64,000 bases of DNA, from NCBI GenBank assembly GCA_009914755.4, contig CP068257.2, forward strand, positions 18,912,001 through 18,976,000, written 5' to 3'. Below, piece by piece: positions 15,783 through 36,360 of the stretch. The notes below the pieces were generated by a model that was not told the DNA's origin, did no database searches, and was given only the letters and a program-made list of their open reading frames with translations. The position numbers and the translations under genes are program-made. The stretch comes from the human T2T-CHM13v2.0 reference genome, Homo sapiens. How positions within the stretch are numbered: the first letter of the stretch is position 1; each line of letters starts with the position of its first letter.

Positions 15783-16311
15783 CGATATTTCACACTTCGG
15801 ATGTGCATGCATGTATGTGCATGCTCATGCATGTGTCTCCTCCCAATTACATTTGGTATTCTAATTTTATATTGCTGGATTAAATATATCATAGAGGTAT
15901 TAATTCAAGTTATTTAAATTTTAATATTTATGAAAAATGCTCCTTCTTACTATTTCAGACTTTATTTTACTTGTGCCATAGATTTATTCTTTAGAATAAA
16001 TCATTTATGATGTAATTATTTAAAATAAATCATTTATGATTTAATTATTTAAAATAAATCATAAATAAATAAATCATTCTTTAGAATAAATCTATAACAT
16101 TTATTTTATAACTTTCTCAGGGTTATAAGATCCCTTTTACCTGTCATGCAACATCAGCAAAGGGTTATTTTAATACTTTGAGCATATTATTATTTTGCTT
16201 CATGGAAATGCAATTAATAGTTTTTCTTGAATAATTTCCTTTAATAATGATCTCTACTTAGCAAAACAGGCTATGGTTAAGAGTATGTCCCTAAAAGTAA
16301 TTTTTAAGAGG

Positions 16312-16425
16312 GATGATCTTGTTTTGTTGCCCAGGCTGGAATTGAACTCCTGGGCTCAAGCAATCCTCCCACCTCAGCACCCCAAGTAGTTGGGACTACA
16401 AGCAATTGTCACTGTGCCCCAAAGA
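16312..16425 (-). mobile_element. Alu-derived monomer fragment (FLAM-like, ~110 bp)
   Basis: ttgcccaggctggaattgaactcctgggctcaagcaatcctcccacctcagcaccccaagtagttgggactacaagc matches the reverse complement of the Alu left arm only. Confidence 0.6.
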
Positions 16426-17449
16426 GTTATGTATTTTTAATCTAATTAGAATAAAATTCTAAAGAATATTTTGAATTTGTTTAAAACAGCTTAAACTTAA
16501 TATGTTCTTAGAAACTGTTCTTAACAAGTTTGGGGGCTTAGGATTAGATTTGATTATTACTTATCTTACATCTAAAAAATTAATTCTACATCATCATTAA
16601 AAATGATGTCCAGATATTACGAATGATAATTTAGGGTCCAAAAGTAATAGTTAAGTGGTCTGACAACTTCCCTTAATAGTAAGATGTTATAATCAATAGG
16701 CTTATATTTTACATCTTGTTAGCAGGTTTTATTGAAATACCAATAAAGCATCAGTAAAAATTAATTGTCTTTGTCGGTGATTATTTACTTGACTCTGTTG
16801 TTAATATTTCAGACATCAGCTTTACATTTTTACCCCCATTTAATGGAAAGCTTTTTTATTTTCAGAAAAAAATATGGCATCTATCTTTCCACTGACTATT
16901 AGGGAAGCTATCAAGTAAATATATTTAAGGTAATAATTAGTAATAAACTTTTTTTACCTACTGCATGAAGTATTTTAGATTTGGGAGAAAGAGTGTTTAG
17001 ATATCTATTTCAGTATTCAGCTCCAGCTCACTCTACCTCTAATATTGTTAAACTATTTATCTTCTCGGATTTATCATTTATCTATCCTGGTATCACTAAG
17101 CAGTCAAATTGCAAATCTATAAGGACTTGAATTTTGAAAAGTGCCACCATAGCTTTGTCAATCTAAAATGTAGAATGCATGTACCAGACTGTACACATAC
17201 CCAAGGAAGACCCAGGAAAGAGAAAGGCACCAGGCACTGACTTCTGGCTGCAAAAGTAGGAAGTAAAATCTAAGGCTGTATTGTAAAGTGTCTACAGTTT
17301 GAATGCGTGTCTTCTTGGTCCCCTTGTCAAAGGGTGAAGAACATATCATCAAGGCATTTAAAGAAATCTGGCCAATCATCAGCCAGCTAATATATCATAC
17401 TTCCCAGATGGGAATGCAAGGATGGTAAACTAAAAAAAAAAAAAAAAAT

Positions 17450-22325
<4,876 letters not shown>

Positions 22326-22509
22326 TTACTTCAAGCATTTAAATTCTATGATTAGGGGCTCTTTTCAACAAGGAGTCTTTTTGTAAAACATATATACAAT
22401 TCAAAAATATAAAGATATCAAATAATTCAACTAATAAATCAAACCTAACCCTATCAACCAAAAACTTCAACTATTAAATGTTTACTTTTTCTATGCCCTT
22501 AGTGGTCTC

Positions 22510-22720
22510 TATAGCCAAATTGCCTAGAATTGAATCCTAACTCACTATTTATCTTTTGTGTTACTTTGGTTAATGTATTTAACCTCTCTGCGCCTAAGTT
22601 TCCTTTTGTTAACTCAGAAGGTTCTAGTGAAGACTAAATAACTCAATTTCCATAAAGTGAGTATAGCAATACCTGGCATGTAATAAAAGCCACATAACTG
22701 TCAATGTTATAACAATAACA
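22510..22720 (+). mobile_element. MIR SINE fragment
   Basis: aacctctctgcgcctaagtttcc...ataaagtgagtatagcaatacctggcatgtaataaaagc resembles the MIR core cctctctgtgcctcagtttcc...agcgcttagaacagtgcctggcacatagtaagcgctcaataaatg. Confidence 0.5.
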
Positions 22721-24500
22721 CATACAAGCACACACACACACAAATGTCTTTGCACATATAAATGTTAACATGTGTGTTGACACTTAGTACATAATTGATA
22801 TTATTATAATCACTTTGACTGTAAGAATAACCTAATTAAGATTTACAAAATTGATGTCTTTGAACTTTTTTCACTTAAATGTACATTAAGATTGAACATA
22901 AATTTATATGGTTTTATGTGACAATCATTGCTTATTAAAATTCTAGCACATAGAACTTTATGCAGAAACAATAAAAGAATATAAAGGAAGAATATATGTA
23001 AGTTTGAAAACCAAAGGGTAGACTAAATAGAATAGTTCGTGAGGTGTTTAATAATAATGTTTCTTGAAAAATATTCCTTGTAAAAATATATTAATAAGCT
23101 TTTCAGTCTAATTGCACAAGTGTTGATTTTTAAATGAATAACAATTTGTAATGTTAGCTGATCTTATTTTTTATAAGCCTATGTCTCCAGCAAATCAGAA
23201 AATTTTGAATCTAAGGAATTTTATATAGCAAAGTAGTATCCATTACACTTGGGATTGAAAATATCTTTCCAAATCATTAATAGCTTTAATATCCAAAGAA
23301 CTACGATACTGCCTCAGGAAAAAAATATCAAAATTTCTGTGGCCATTTACACATTTTCTTTTCTGTTTTTATATGTACAGAACACTGAAGGCTGAGAGAT
23401 AAGAAATAAGAGAAAAATAATAAAATAGACAAACAAAGAGATAAAAATTTATTAAAACTTAAAATATATATGAGTCGACTAACTAAAAGAAAAATTATTT
23501 ATGTCCTTTCAAGGTATGGACTCTGTCTATTGCATTGTTTTCACTGTTTTATATATATCAAATAAAATTGCAGTGTTTTTATGTGTGTGTCTGGGTGTGT
23601 GTTTATGTGTTAATGAACAAACAAAGGAAAAATTATCTAAATTATAAGCCATTTTAACTATATGATTCTGAACTTATTAAATAGTGTATTTTTGAATTCT
23701 TATTGATTTTGTCTCTGAAGAGGCCACTGAACCTGTCATGCATGAAGAAATTGCTTCGGAGGGCAACAGATTTATCTGGGCAATTACTATATTGACTAAG
23801 GAACCAAGGAGCCCAAGTTCCTTCTTAACACAATTGTTATTTCATTGACTAGTGTTACATGAGAGACAAGGAGAGTCAGAGTTCAAGGACAGCGGAACGA
23901 TGATGGTCTCCTGGGAACGAAGCGCGATGCTCCATAGAGACTTGAATTCTAGAATAAATCGCTGGAATTGTGTTGGCAGCAGTATGGATCCATTGTTTGA
24001 AACTAAATTCATCACGGTGGTTGCCACGCTGACTGAAATAAATGCCCAACAATATACAAACGCAACCATTGTTCCCCAGTGGGAATTATTTTAGTCATTG
24101 TTAGTGTGTTTTTTGTTGCTTACATTATATCTGGAAATGCAACTGATATTTGGGAGGCAACTAATATCACAAACAACAAGAAGTTAATTTAACAGTGTTA
24201 TATTTTTTCTTTCTAGTACTAATTTATTTTAAATGGCATACCATGGCCCATAAAAAACTTACATAAGTTTCAAGTCTAAATTGTATGATAAGCCCAATTT
24301 CTCAAAAAGAAAATGGCCATTATTAGAAGTTATATTCAATGCAGCAACTAGCCTCAATGAGAAAAGTCATACATATGCTGGTGTTTAAATATTCAGTGTA
24401 AATGTATGTTGTCCACTTCTTATTACTTGATGAATACTAAGGGAAAAATAAGCCTGAGTGAAGAAATAAAGACTTCTTGTGGGTTAAAAACTACAAAATT

Positions 24501-24817
24501 GGTCAGGTGCAGTGGCTCACGCCTGTAATCCCAAAACTTTGAGAGGCTGAGGTAGGCAGATCACCTGAGGTCAGGAGCTCAAGACCAGCCTGCCCAGCAT
24601 GGCAAAACTCCGTCTCTACTAAAAATACAAAAAATTAGCCCGGCATGGTGGCAGACACTTGTAATCCCAGCCACTCAGGAGGCTGAGGCAGGAGAATCGC
24701 TTGAACCCGGAAGTCGGAGGTTCCAGTGAGCCAAGATCACACCACTGCATTCCAGCCTGGGTGACAGAGAGAAACTCCATCTCAAAAAACAAACAAACAA
24801 ACAAGCAAACAAAAACA
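24501..24817 (+). mobile_element. Alu SINE with (CAAA)n-type tail
   Basis: ggtcaggtgcagtggctcacgcctgtaatcccaaaactttgagaggctgaggtaggcagatcacctgaggtcaggagctcaagaccagcctg... TSD ctacaaaatt before (24491-24500) and after (24818-24827). Confidence 0.9.
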
Positions 24818-26478
24818 CTACAAAATTAGCTTTGTTTTCACGTATTCCTTTCTCAGGTACTTTATATGGGACCTCTTTGTTTCTTCTCACTATCATAATT
24901 CATCCTTTGCCCCGAGTCTTGAGAGAGAACCATTCAGGTTCCCATTGCCCTCTTCCATAAAAATGTCTCAAAACATGGTCCCTAAACCTACCCTCTTGAT
25001 GTAAAGGTTAATGCTAAAAAAACACAGAAAAGATATAAGCTTAATGCTTTTCTCCATTTATTATTTGCATTCATTTAATAATTATTTATTGAGCACCTGT
25101 ATGTGTTAAGAGTTGAATGTACAATGACACGCACATTATGTCAAAGAACTTCCAAGTGCTTACGTAAACTTGCTTCTTTGCCAAACATCCTTACGTTCAT
25201 TTTAATTTAATTGTAAAGTAAACTAAAACACATTGACACACACATATACACAATGTACTTAAAAGTGGTCATTGTTTCAAACTGCATAGTTATTAATAAT
25301 GATATTACCAGGAGTAGCTTAAAATGGTGACAACTGGTTTGATTACAGGTTTACTTGCAATTAAGGTAGAAATTTGTCAATGTTTAAAAAATGTAATTAT
25401 TTTAGTATTTGATCACAAAGAATTAAGTGAAATAAACATAAACGTAGAAATGAAGAGTACATACTTTTACTGATGTATCTTTAACAGTTTTGTATTTTAA
25501 TCCTTAGAAATATTCATATAAACCCAAACATTTTGGCTTAAAGTGCTATATTTTGACAAATATTTGAGGACTTTTCATGGACTCTAATGTGGTTTAAATT
25601 ATGTCTCCTCTGTGTATTTATCTCATAATCTTCTGCAAAGTAGTCAAATGGCTAAGCCTCAGATATATTACCTGCAAAATAGAAATAATAATACCTATGG
25701 GCAGATTTATTATCAAGATTAAGATAACATAGGCAAAGTAATTAGCATAAGCGTCTAGCACACATTAATATCAATAAGTGGTAGCTGTCATTTGAGGGCA
25801 TATTTAGCAATAGACCATCTTCCTTCCCACAAATGAAGTACCTCCCAGTAAGCAAACGATGGAGATATAATTCCTAAAGCCACATTTCTAAACCTTATGG
25901 CGCTAACACCAGATTTGGAAAATTCTTGAATATACATAGATTTGGAAGTGGAGAAATGAAAAGTATTCTCAGAATTGGACAATGTTTCCTTGGAATTGCT
26001 TTCATCACTTCAAGACTTCTCTCAGCTATGAGATATCATTTATCTACTAATTTTCCTGAGTATAATTTTTGCTGTTCACTTCTAGATTGCAATAAATCTT
26101 TTATTTCTATAGTAATGATATGAAATATGAAATTTCACTACTCAAAAATCTTACATATTTTAAGTTTTTATGTCCTATATCAAAGCAAAATGTATGTAAT
26201 TAACTCCTATATTCCAGAAAAACATTGCTTTATTAATTACATTAATAGGTGTGATTTTCTTTATTAAATTATATTTTACTTAAGGCTCAAATCAGCCCTA
26301 TTTTTTATGTTAGTGAAGTTTTCCTACTCATTAATGTGAAATGTTTGCTCAAAGACGTAATAGGGCACTGTTAATGGAAAGGATTTCAGCGAAGTGTGAA
26401 CCATTTACAATTAGGTAATACCAATCATGGTGAGAAAGAAGTTCCAGAAAAACTAACAGTGTTAATATTAAGTGTATC

Positions 26479-26760
26479 ATGGTGCCTGCAATCCCAGAAC
26501 CTTGGGAGGCCAAGGTGGGCAGATCACCTAAGGTCAGGAGTTCGAGACCAGCCTGGCCAACGTGGTGAAACACCGACTCAACTAAAAATACAAAAATTAG
26601 CCAGGCATGGTGGCTCGCACCTGTAATCCCAGCTACTCAGGAGGCTGGGGTGAGAGAATCACCTGAACCCGGGAGGCAGAGGTTGCTGTGAGTTGAGATT
26701 ATGCCATTGTACTCCAGCCTGGATAAAGGAGTGAGACTCTGTCTCAAAAAAAAAAAAAAA
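26479..26760 (+). mobile_element. Alu SINE, slightly 5'-truncated, A15 tail
   Basis: tggtgcctgcaatcccagaaccttgggaggccaaggtgggcagatcacctaaggtcaggagttcgagaccagcctggccaacgtggtgaaacaccgactc...gtctcaaaaaaaaaaaaaaa. Confidence 0.9.
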
Positions 26761-27435
26761 GTATGTCATGGAAATGTTTAATACTTACTAGAGTAAATCA
26801 AGCTAAAAATTAAAGTACTGTTAGCAAAACATTTTCAGAATGCAGTGTCACTTGGGAATGAGAATGAGTTTAAAAGAAGGAGCATAAGAGTTAAAAGTAA
26901 AATGTTAATAAATGTTTAAAATTACAGTATTTTATAATAAAAATGATAAGTTAAACCATCAAGATTGTCTGTTGAAATTTCCAAGTGGACTTACTGTAAT
27001 TCTAAAAATTCTTTTTTTAGAATTTTAGATGACTTAGAAACTCATCAAAGTCATTTAATATTCCATAAAAATAACTAAAAAATAAGTTTATTCCTTTAAG
27101 AACAATTATATCCACAAAGAAGAGCAAATGTCAGAAAAAAATATATTAAGCAAGTAGAAACATATGTGAAGACTATCTCATTTGTGAAAAATTAAAATCC
27201 TTCCAAAATGGAACTCTTTTGTGGCATATCATGAAATTATAATTGAACTAAATCCAGAGTATATCCAGAGTTGAGCACTGTGAATGAATGAATGTTAGAT
27301 AAATATACAGAAACAGAGTGTGGCTGTGGAGTGTATACACCTGTCTTATATCAGTGAGAGGGATCGTATGCTCATCAAGATTATCTACTCATCGGGGATT
27401 CTTTCTAAACCTTCTTCTTTTTTGTTGTTGTTTCT

Positions 27436-28040
27436 TTTTTTATAATTTTTATTTTTATTTTAAGTTCCAAGATACATGCGCAAGATGTGCAGTTTTGTTA
27501 CACAGGTAAACGTATGCCATGGTGGTTTGCTGCACCTATCAACCCATCGCCTAGGTATTAAGCCCAACATGCTTTAGCTATTTTTCCTAATGCTCTCCCT
27601 TTCCCTACCATCCCCCAACAGGCCCCAGTGTGTGTTGTTCCCCTCCCTGTGTCCCTGTGATCTCATTGTTCAGCTCCCAATTATAAGTGAGACCATGTGG
27701 GGTTTGGTTTTCTGTTCCTGTGTTAGCTTGCTAAGAATAATGGCTTCCAACTTCATCCATGTCCCTGAAAAGGACATGATATTGCTCTTTTTTATGGCTG
27801 CATAGTATTCCGTGGCATGTACGTACCACATTTTCTTTATCCAGTCTATCATCAACGAGTATTTGAGTTGATTCTATGTCTTTACTATCATGTATAGTGC
27901 GGCATTGAACATATGCATGCATGTATCTTTGCAATAAAATGATTTATATTCCTTTGGATATATACCTAGTAATGGCATTGCTGGGTCAAAGGATATTTCC
28001 GGTTCTAGATCTTTGAAGAATTACTACACTGTCTTCTATG
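27436..28040 (-). mobile_element. L1 3'-end fragment (L1PA/L1PB-like), reverse orientation
   Basis: ttttaagttccaagatacatgcgcaagatgtgcagttttgttacacaggtaaacgtatgccatggtggtttgctgcacc...ttttttatggctgcatagtattccgtggcatgtacgtaccacattttctttatccagtctatcatc...tatacctagtaatggcattgctgggtcaaaggatatttccggttctagatctttgaagaattactacactgtcttc. Confidence 0.85.
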
Positions 28041-28866
28041 ATGTAGTAAACCTTCCTCTTTAAATTATCCATTTATAAGAGAAATATTTGAAATATTTTC
28101 ATTTGAAAGAGTGTACTGAAGAAATGTCTGCGTAAAACAAAACACTTCATTCTATATCACGTGGAGTTAGAAATCACTTGGAATGTCCATTAATTCTTGA
28201 TATTACGATTGAGATTACACACAGATCATATTGACAAATTTTTTTTTTAAAGTTAACCTCTGAAAAAATGTTCTTGCTCTCTTGCTTCTGAGTTTGAAAC
28301 AGAGTTGAGGGAATATTGTGTTATAACTGACAATGGGAATTAGCACTGGAGTTCAGCTTAGGTAAAATCATTTTCTAAAGTTATGCACTTTCAGTAAGAA
28401 AGCAAAATGAGTTACTATTAAGATGTAAAATATGTGGCTGTGAGTACTTATTTTTACATATTGACAAGTTTACTTTCAAAACGTAATTTCAACTACATCC
28501 AGAAAAAACTGATATATATATTTTTACACCTATAGACTTATCTAAATGTTAATCATTATACTTAGAAGATGGGACAATGAGATATACATCATATATTTGA
28601 GATGATTTTATATGACACAGTTTCATAATCAACCAAAATGGGAAAACATGCAAACATTTGAATGGCTTACATAAGAAACAATCCAAATTAGCTCTCCTCT
28701 TTTTAGTCAGAAAAGTATGGATGTAAAATTGTCAGGTACTTATGGAAGTAAATACAGGAAGTTCTTGTGAAATGCATTAGGGTCAACTGGAATTGAATAC
28801 TTGTTCAACATTTATTGACATTATATTAGCAACAGGTGATGTGAGAAATAAGACAGTCATATTTCT

Positions 28867-29174
<308 letters not shown>

Positions 29175-30865
29175 AAGACAGTCATATTTCTTAAAACATT
29201 TATAGTTATGTAAGATGAACAAAGAAGTCAACAGTTACAATGGGAAGGTATAAATGCTATGGCAGTGAAATGTTGTCAGTTCTATAGGATCTGGGAGAAA
29301 ATAGGACAGTCTTTGCAAAATTGGAAAAGAAAAAGCACTTCATGTAAAACTAATACACACACACACACACAGTCTAATACTGTTTCAGGGTAGAGAATCA
29401 GAATTGGGAAACATGTACACCATCATGATTCTGAGGTATTTGACAAGTCCCTTTACTTCTCCGGTTGATCTCTGGCTTTAAGTTTTAAATTAGAAACATA
29501 CCATTTAAAATATGTGTACAAATGGAGTGACTTTTTGTGTTCCTCTTTAAAGAAAGCTTCACTGACAATGGAAAAGTTGACATGATTTAATGTTTTTCCC
29601 ATGAACATAATATTCATATTTGCAGCAATAAAACAGCTTTGCCATTATATTCTATATTCATTAACAAAAAGTACTATTTTAGATTGCTATAACTAATGAC
29701 AAATTTTAAAAGATTTTATTTATTGGCACTTACCACAAGCCAGGTAGTTTGCTGAAATCATTGCATATACCAACTGATTTAACACCAAGCATACTGTGAG
29801 ATTGGACTTGCTATCATTTCCATTTTATAAGTAAGAAAACGAGTACAGAGAGAAAAAGACACTTCCCAAAGCCTCCCTGACAGTTAAGGGGAAGAGCCAG
29901 GATTCAAGTATAGTTTAAGAGCAAGTTCTTATAAACTACATGCTAAATACATTACAATATCATGTTTTACATTTTTCACTAGGGCTTTTAGGCCAGATGA
30001 TATAAACTCACATTGATCCCTGTTCCACTGGTGGCAGGCCTGTGCAAACCTACCCCGAAGTCCAAGGAAGCTAAGAGGACAGGGAAGAAAGAGGTTGACA
30101 TACCCAGTTTCTCAGAAAGAAACATTGAAAAAAGCCATGTCTGTGTCTTGGGCAGCAGTGAGACAAGATGATGAATTCTTGTGCCATCAGCCCCCAGACT
30201 CAGGGCTTCTATACCATAGAGAAAGGGCATACATGATTAAGAAGAGATATGTAGTGCAATTGAAGTATGATAAAATCAAGGTTGTTTTGACCTAAGGGCA
30301 GGATTTGCATACCTGCTTTTACCTAAGGAACAATAGGTAAGCTAGATATCTTAGACCTTCCTTAAACTAGGGTTAATTAGACATCAGTATAGCAAATTAG
30401 CATCCAAGATGGAATTACTTTAGACTCCACAGTCCCATTATATCAACAGCCCTAGCATAGGCCCTTATTTATAAGTACCCAGTGCTATACTGTAAAATAA
30501 CATTATAACCAGTCTTTTCATTAAAAGACTATTTTAATCGTTCTTCCAAACAGATGTTGGAAGATTTTAAGATTATTGTTATGTTTATACAGATATGCAA
30601 GTAGAATAAGAAGAGTACTTTCATATAGCACCATGAGTATGAAAGCAGTAGATACAATTATTAAAAGTATAAAAAAAGTAAAAAATCTTTAAAGGATACA
30701 CGGTTACCTTTTTAAATCATATCTAACTGCCATGTTTATATGGAAGAAATAAAGAGCACATAGTTATTTCTTAGCCAAAAAAAAAAAAAAAGCCTGTGAT
30801 TATACAAAGGATATCTAATTAGGGAAAAAATGTAATCATAGCACTTAAAATTAAATTAAATATAA

Positions 30866-30975
30866 CCTGAGTTTCAGTACCAGCTCTGTTGCTAAGAAGC
30901 TGTGAGGCCTGTGAAAAATCATTTAATTTCTCTGAGCCTCAGTCTGTTGATCGGTACTAAAGGGAATAGGAATCA
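30866..30975 (+). mobile_element. MIR SINE core fragment
   Basis: cctgagtttcagtaccagctctgttgctaagaagctgtgaggcctgtgaaaaatcatttaatttctctgagcctcagtctgttgatcggtactaaagggaatagg compared with the MIR consensus ...ggctctgccacttactagctgtgtgaccttgggcaagtcacttaacctctctgtgcctcagtttcctcatctgtaaaatgggg. Confidence 0.55.
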
Positions 30976-32486
30976 CAAATTGATCTCTGAGGTCCCCTCA
31001 GACTCTCATAAACTATGATGATATGAAATTAGCAGAGTTTGAGTAGAATGAATTCAATAGAGGTAAACATGCCAATTACTGCATACTAATTTAGTGCTTC
31101 TCTCTCTGAAAGGCTTGTGCTTTAAAAGACACATATAGCAAATAGAAAAGATTTATGTAGAGATACTCAAACTATTTACCACCATATTTTACTTGCAGAA
31201 AAATATTTCCCAAATCAAACATCTTAATACATTTGAAATTTAATAATGAAAGAATTAACTCTAGCAATTTAAAGAGAGGTTTGGGGTTATGTAAAAATCT
31301 TCATATCTATATGCAACAGAAAGAATGCTCCATTACAAGCTATATGCATGGCTGTATTTGTGAGGTAGCCTTTTCACTAATTTCCCTTGCATGTTCTATT
31401 CAAACAGCTGTTTTTTGTTAGATAAACATTATTATATCTATTACATTCCTTTGCTCTATATTAAAACAAACTTATACGCCACTAAATTCTAACATCATAC
31501 GTTGGAATTTGATATTGTAAGTATGTCTCTGACATGTATAACTTTTTTGAAATTTTTTAAAAATGTATTGGATATTTTTCTAAGAACAAGTAGGAGTTAT
31601 ATTTTAAATGGAAACATGTTTCTTTTACTAGCAAAAGAGACTCTCCTTCTAGTATTCATCTCTCAAATTCAATGACAACTTATGACAAATTCAAATAGGA
31701 GACAACTGTCCTTTCAGAAAAAAACCTCTAAAATATTTTGGGATTTTTTTCCTCCCACATAAAAACCTCTATGTCTAAAAAGATTACGTTAGATTACAAA
31801 TGCGGAAACAATGACACAAGAGGGGAAGCAGTGAGTGCTTCTATGAAAGAAAAGACTGACTACTCCAAAGATGATATACGTTTTCAAGGCAATGATGGAT
31901 ACCTTTAACATGCCTTGTGAGACAGAAGGATTAGTTCTTTCATCTTTCAGCCTGGCCAACACCTGCGTCCTCATTTTCCTAGGTGTTGAAATAGAAAGAA
32001 AGCACGGAGGCAGCACAGCTCTGCTATAAAAGGCTTTGCCTCCAAATACAAAATATAACTTTTGCTTGAATTCCTTTGATTACAAGATGTTTATATGGTC
32101 ATTTCGATTAGCCTTGCAATGAAGCCAACTGCAAGGACAACTAGGAAATATCTGGGTGCTCACAAAAACAGAGCAAAGAAAATTTTGATTAGCAGTTAGA
32201 GACTCAAATGTACCTATGGTTTTTGTATTGTGTTTGTTTTGAGCTGCTACCAGTTAATTCTAACTTTTATGTTATAATGCAGCATAATCAATGTCCTTGA
32301 ATTAACTTCCTAAAACATAGAGGATAAAAGGCTATATTAACATATTTTTCCAGAAAATGTAAATATACTAGCTAATAAAATAACAAGATCAAATTATAAT
32401 TGAGAAAGTACTGCTGTTTAAATATTTTTAAACACCTAAAATGGGAAAAAACTTATTAAACATTAGAAAAATATTTTTATGTCTTA

Positions 32487-32817
<331 letters not shown>

Positions 32818-33699
32818 AAGAATTGACAAACGTAGGAGCAGTTATGTAAATACTTAACATGCTTATTGCTTTATGTAACACAAGCCTTTATCACATTGAT
32901 TGGAGTTTTTTCTGAGCTATATGTAAAAACAGAAGGTCAGAAAACTTACAAAATCATTATTGTAAAGTAAAGAAGAACTAAACTGTGAAATCATTGCTTT
33001 TTTTAGATGAAGTTACTGAAGTGACTCAAGATGCTAAATTCAAAATTTCTTCAGTTACCATTGTACTTGTGGAAAAATATTGTCAAAAAGTGTCATTGTT
33101 TATACAGGAAAACTTTCTTTAAAGTTTAGAGTAAGACAATAATCAAATATCACATTATCATGCTGAAAAAAGATGGAAAGTCTATTAATATATATGCCTA
33201 TATATTTATTTGTTAAGCAAACAATATGTATTTTTTCTATCATGCTATGTTAGAATTTTTGTGTCTAGCTATGATGGAGTAATCATGAACATCTATGAAA
33301 CTACAAAATATAGGAGGTAAAGATTTTTCAGTATTTAACAGCAGGTAGGAGCAGGACAGGATGTGATATTTGAGAGAAATACATAGAAAGAGGTGAATCC
33401 CATATTGGCCCCTGATTTTGGTCTAAGAGAAGTTTCTCAGCGAAAGTGTTGTAAGCTTTTTTCAAATTTTGAATCTTACCTCCTCTTCAGCACAACTTGC
33501 CTGCCTACATGTGGAGAAAGTTCTGTGTTTAAAATCTCACGTGATTAGATTGGGCCCGCCGGAATAAGCTCCCTATCTTAAAGTTTGTAACCTTAATTAT
33601 ATACAGAACCCTCACAATTGTTTTCTTCTCTTATTCTCTTAAATGACTGCCATCAGTTTAAAGCAAAAAAAAAAAAAAAAAGATAAAATGACTTTATTT

Positions 33700-34478
<779 letters not shown>

Positions 34479-35680
34479 GTTTAACATATTTTACTATATG
34501 TAGAAGAAAAATATACAGGAACAATAACATAAATGTTGGGCAGAGGTAAAGGGAGTCATATTTTTCTCATTTTGTTATGATTTACCTGAAGTGGTACAAT
34601 ATTAATTCTTAGCAGACACTTGTAGAAGATGCCTATTTAGATTTCAGGAGCAGTGACTTCCCAAACAAAATATAAAGCAGTATTGCTAGAAAGCAAATAG
34701 AGAAAATAAATGGAAAATATTTAGAAGTATTTAATTAACTCAAGACAGGAAAGAGAAAAAACAGAACACACAAACGTGGAAAGGGCAAGGTATAAATGTT
34801 TTTAGATGGTATTTAAACATAAACCAAGTATAAAAGACAGAGATTGGCAGCTTTTATGTAAAAAGCAAGACTTAACTATGTGCTGTATTGAAATTTCGTT
34901 TGAAAAATCAATCAATGCAATTTACGCCAGTAACCTAATAGAGAAGAAAACATATCATTATTCCCATAGATGAAGAAAAACATCTTGACAAAATGTATTA
35001 TTTAAACCATTCAGCAAATTAGAAAGAGAAGAAAATTTCCTCAGTTTGAGAAAGGGAATCAATGAAAAACAGCTAATACCACATTTAATGGTGAATGACA
35101 GCTTGAAGTTCTCCTGAAATGAGAACAAAGGCAATAAGGTTTATTATCATCACTTCTATTCAGCAACATAATTATGGACTGTAGCCAATTAAATAAGGCA
35201 AAAATACGTATAAGAATTGAAAGGAAGAAATAACTGTATTCAGACATAAAACGGTTAGATACACAGAAAATAGTAAGGAATCTGCCACAATTAATGAAAT
35301 TCATATGTAAGTTTTTCAAGCCCGTGTACTACAAGGCACATATTGCATTCCCTACATACTACCAAAAAAATGGAAAATAAAATTAAGAGCACAATGCCAT
35401 TTAAAATATCATCAAATTGCTTAAAATACAAGTAAGTTTAGATAGAAAGGTAATAGATAACAGTTGATAGATAGAAAGATAGCTATTGTTATAGGTATTA
35501 TATGCTAAAAATTATAAAACATTTTAGGAAATAATTGAAGGTGACTTTTAGAAGCTAAGTTATATCGTAGAATCATGGGTGGAAAGATTCAATATTATTA
35601 AAAAGTCATACATCTCCATTAGTATATAGAGTCAATCAAAAGAAAATTTCAACAATTTTTATAGCTTCGCTTTAGATATT

Positions 35681-35747
35681 GACAAGCTATTTACAAACTT
35701 ATTGAAGAAATGCAAAGCAACAAAGCCAAAATAAACTGTAGAACAAG
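35681..35747 (+). repeat. Left arm of ~80-bp inverted repeat (continues at 36031-36043 after an Alu insertion)
   Basis: gacaagctatttacaaacttattgaagaaatgcaaagcaacaaagccaaaataaactgtagaacaag is about 92% identical (5 mismatches in 67 bp) to the reverse complement of 39259-39325. Identity resumes after the Alu with agattttaaaaat, matching the reverse complement of 39247-39258. Confidence 0.8.
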
Positions 35748-36027
<280 letters not shown>

Positions 36028-36159
36028 AAAAGATTTTAAAAATGAAAAACTTGGAGGACATTAACGTCTGATTTCACAACTTATTATAATAGTACAATAA
36101 TTAAGAAAGTGGTATATTGGTGACAGAAAAGGTAAATATGCCAATGGAAGAAGTAGAGC

Positions 36160-36313
36160 CTATATATATATATACCCAGATATATATATATATATATATA
36201 CCCAGATATATATATATATATATACCCAGATATATATATATATACCCAGATATATATATATATATATACCCAGATATATATATATATACCCAGATATATA
36301 TATATATATACCC

Positions 36314-36360
<47 letters not shown>

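Noticed and set aside
34480-35680. AT-rich unique-looking stretch that I briefly considered as L1 ORF2-derived.
   Set aside because: I could not find convincing ORF2 motifs on translation. Left unannotated.
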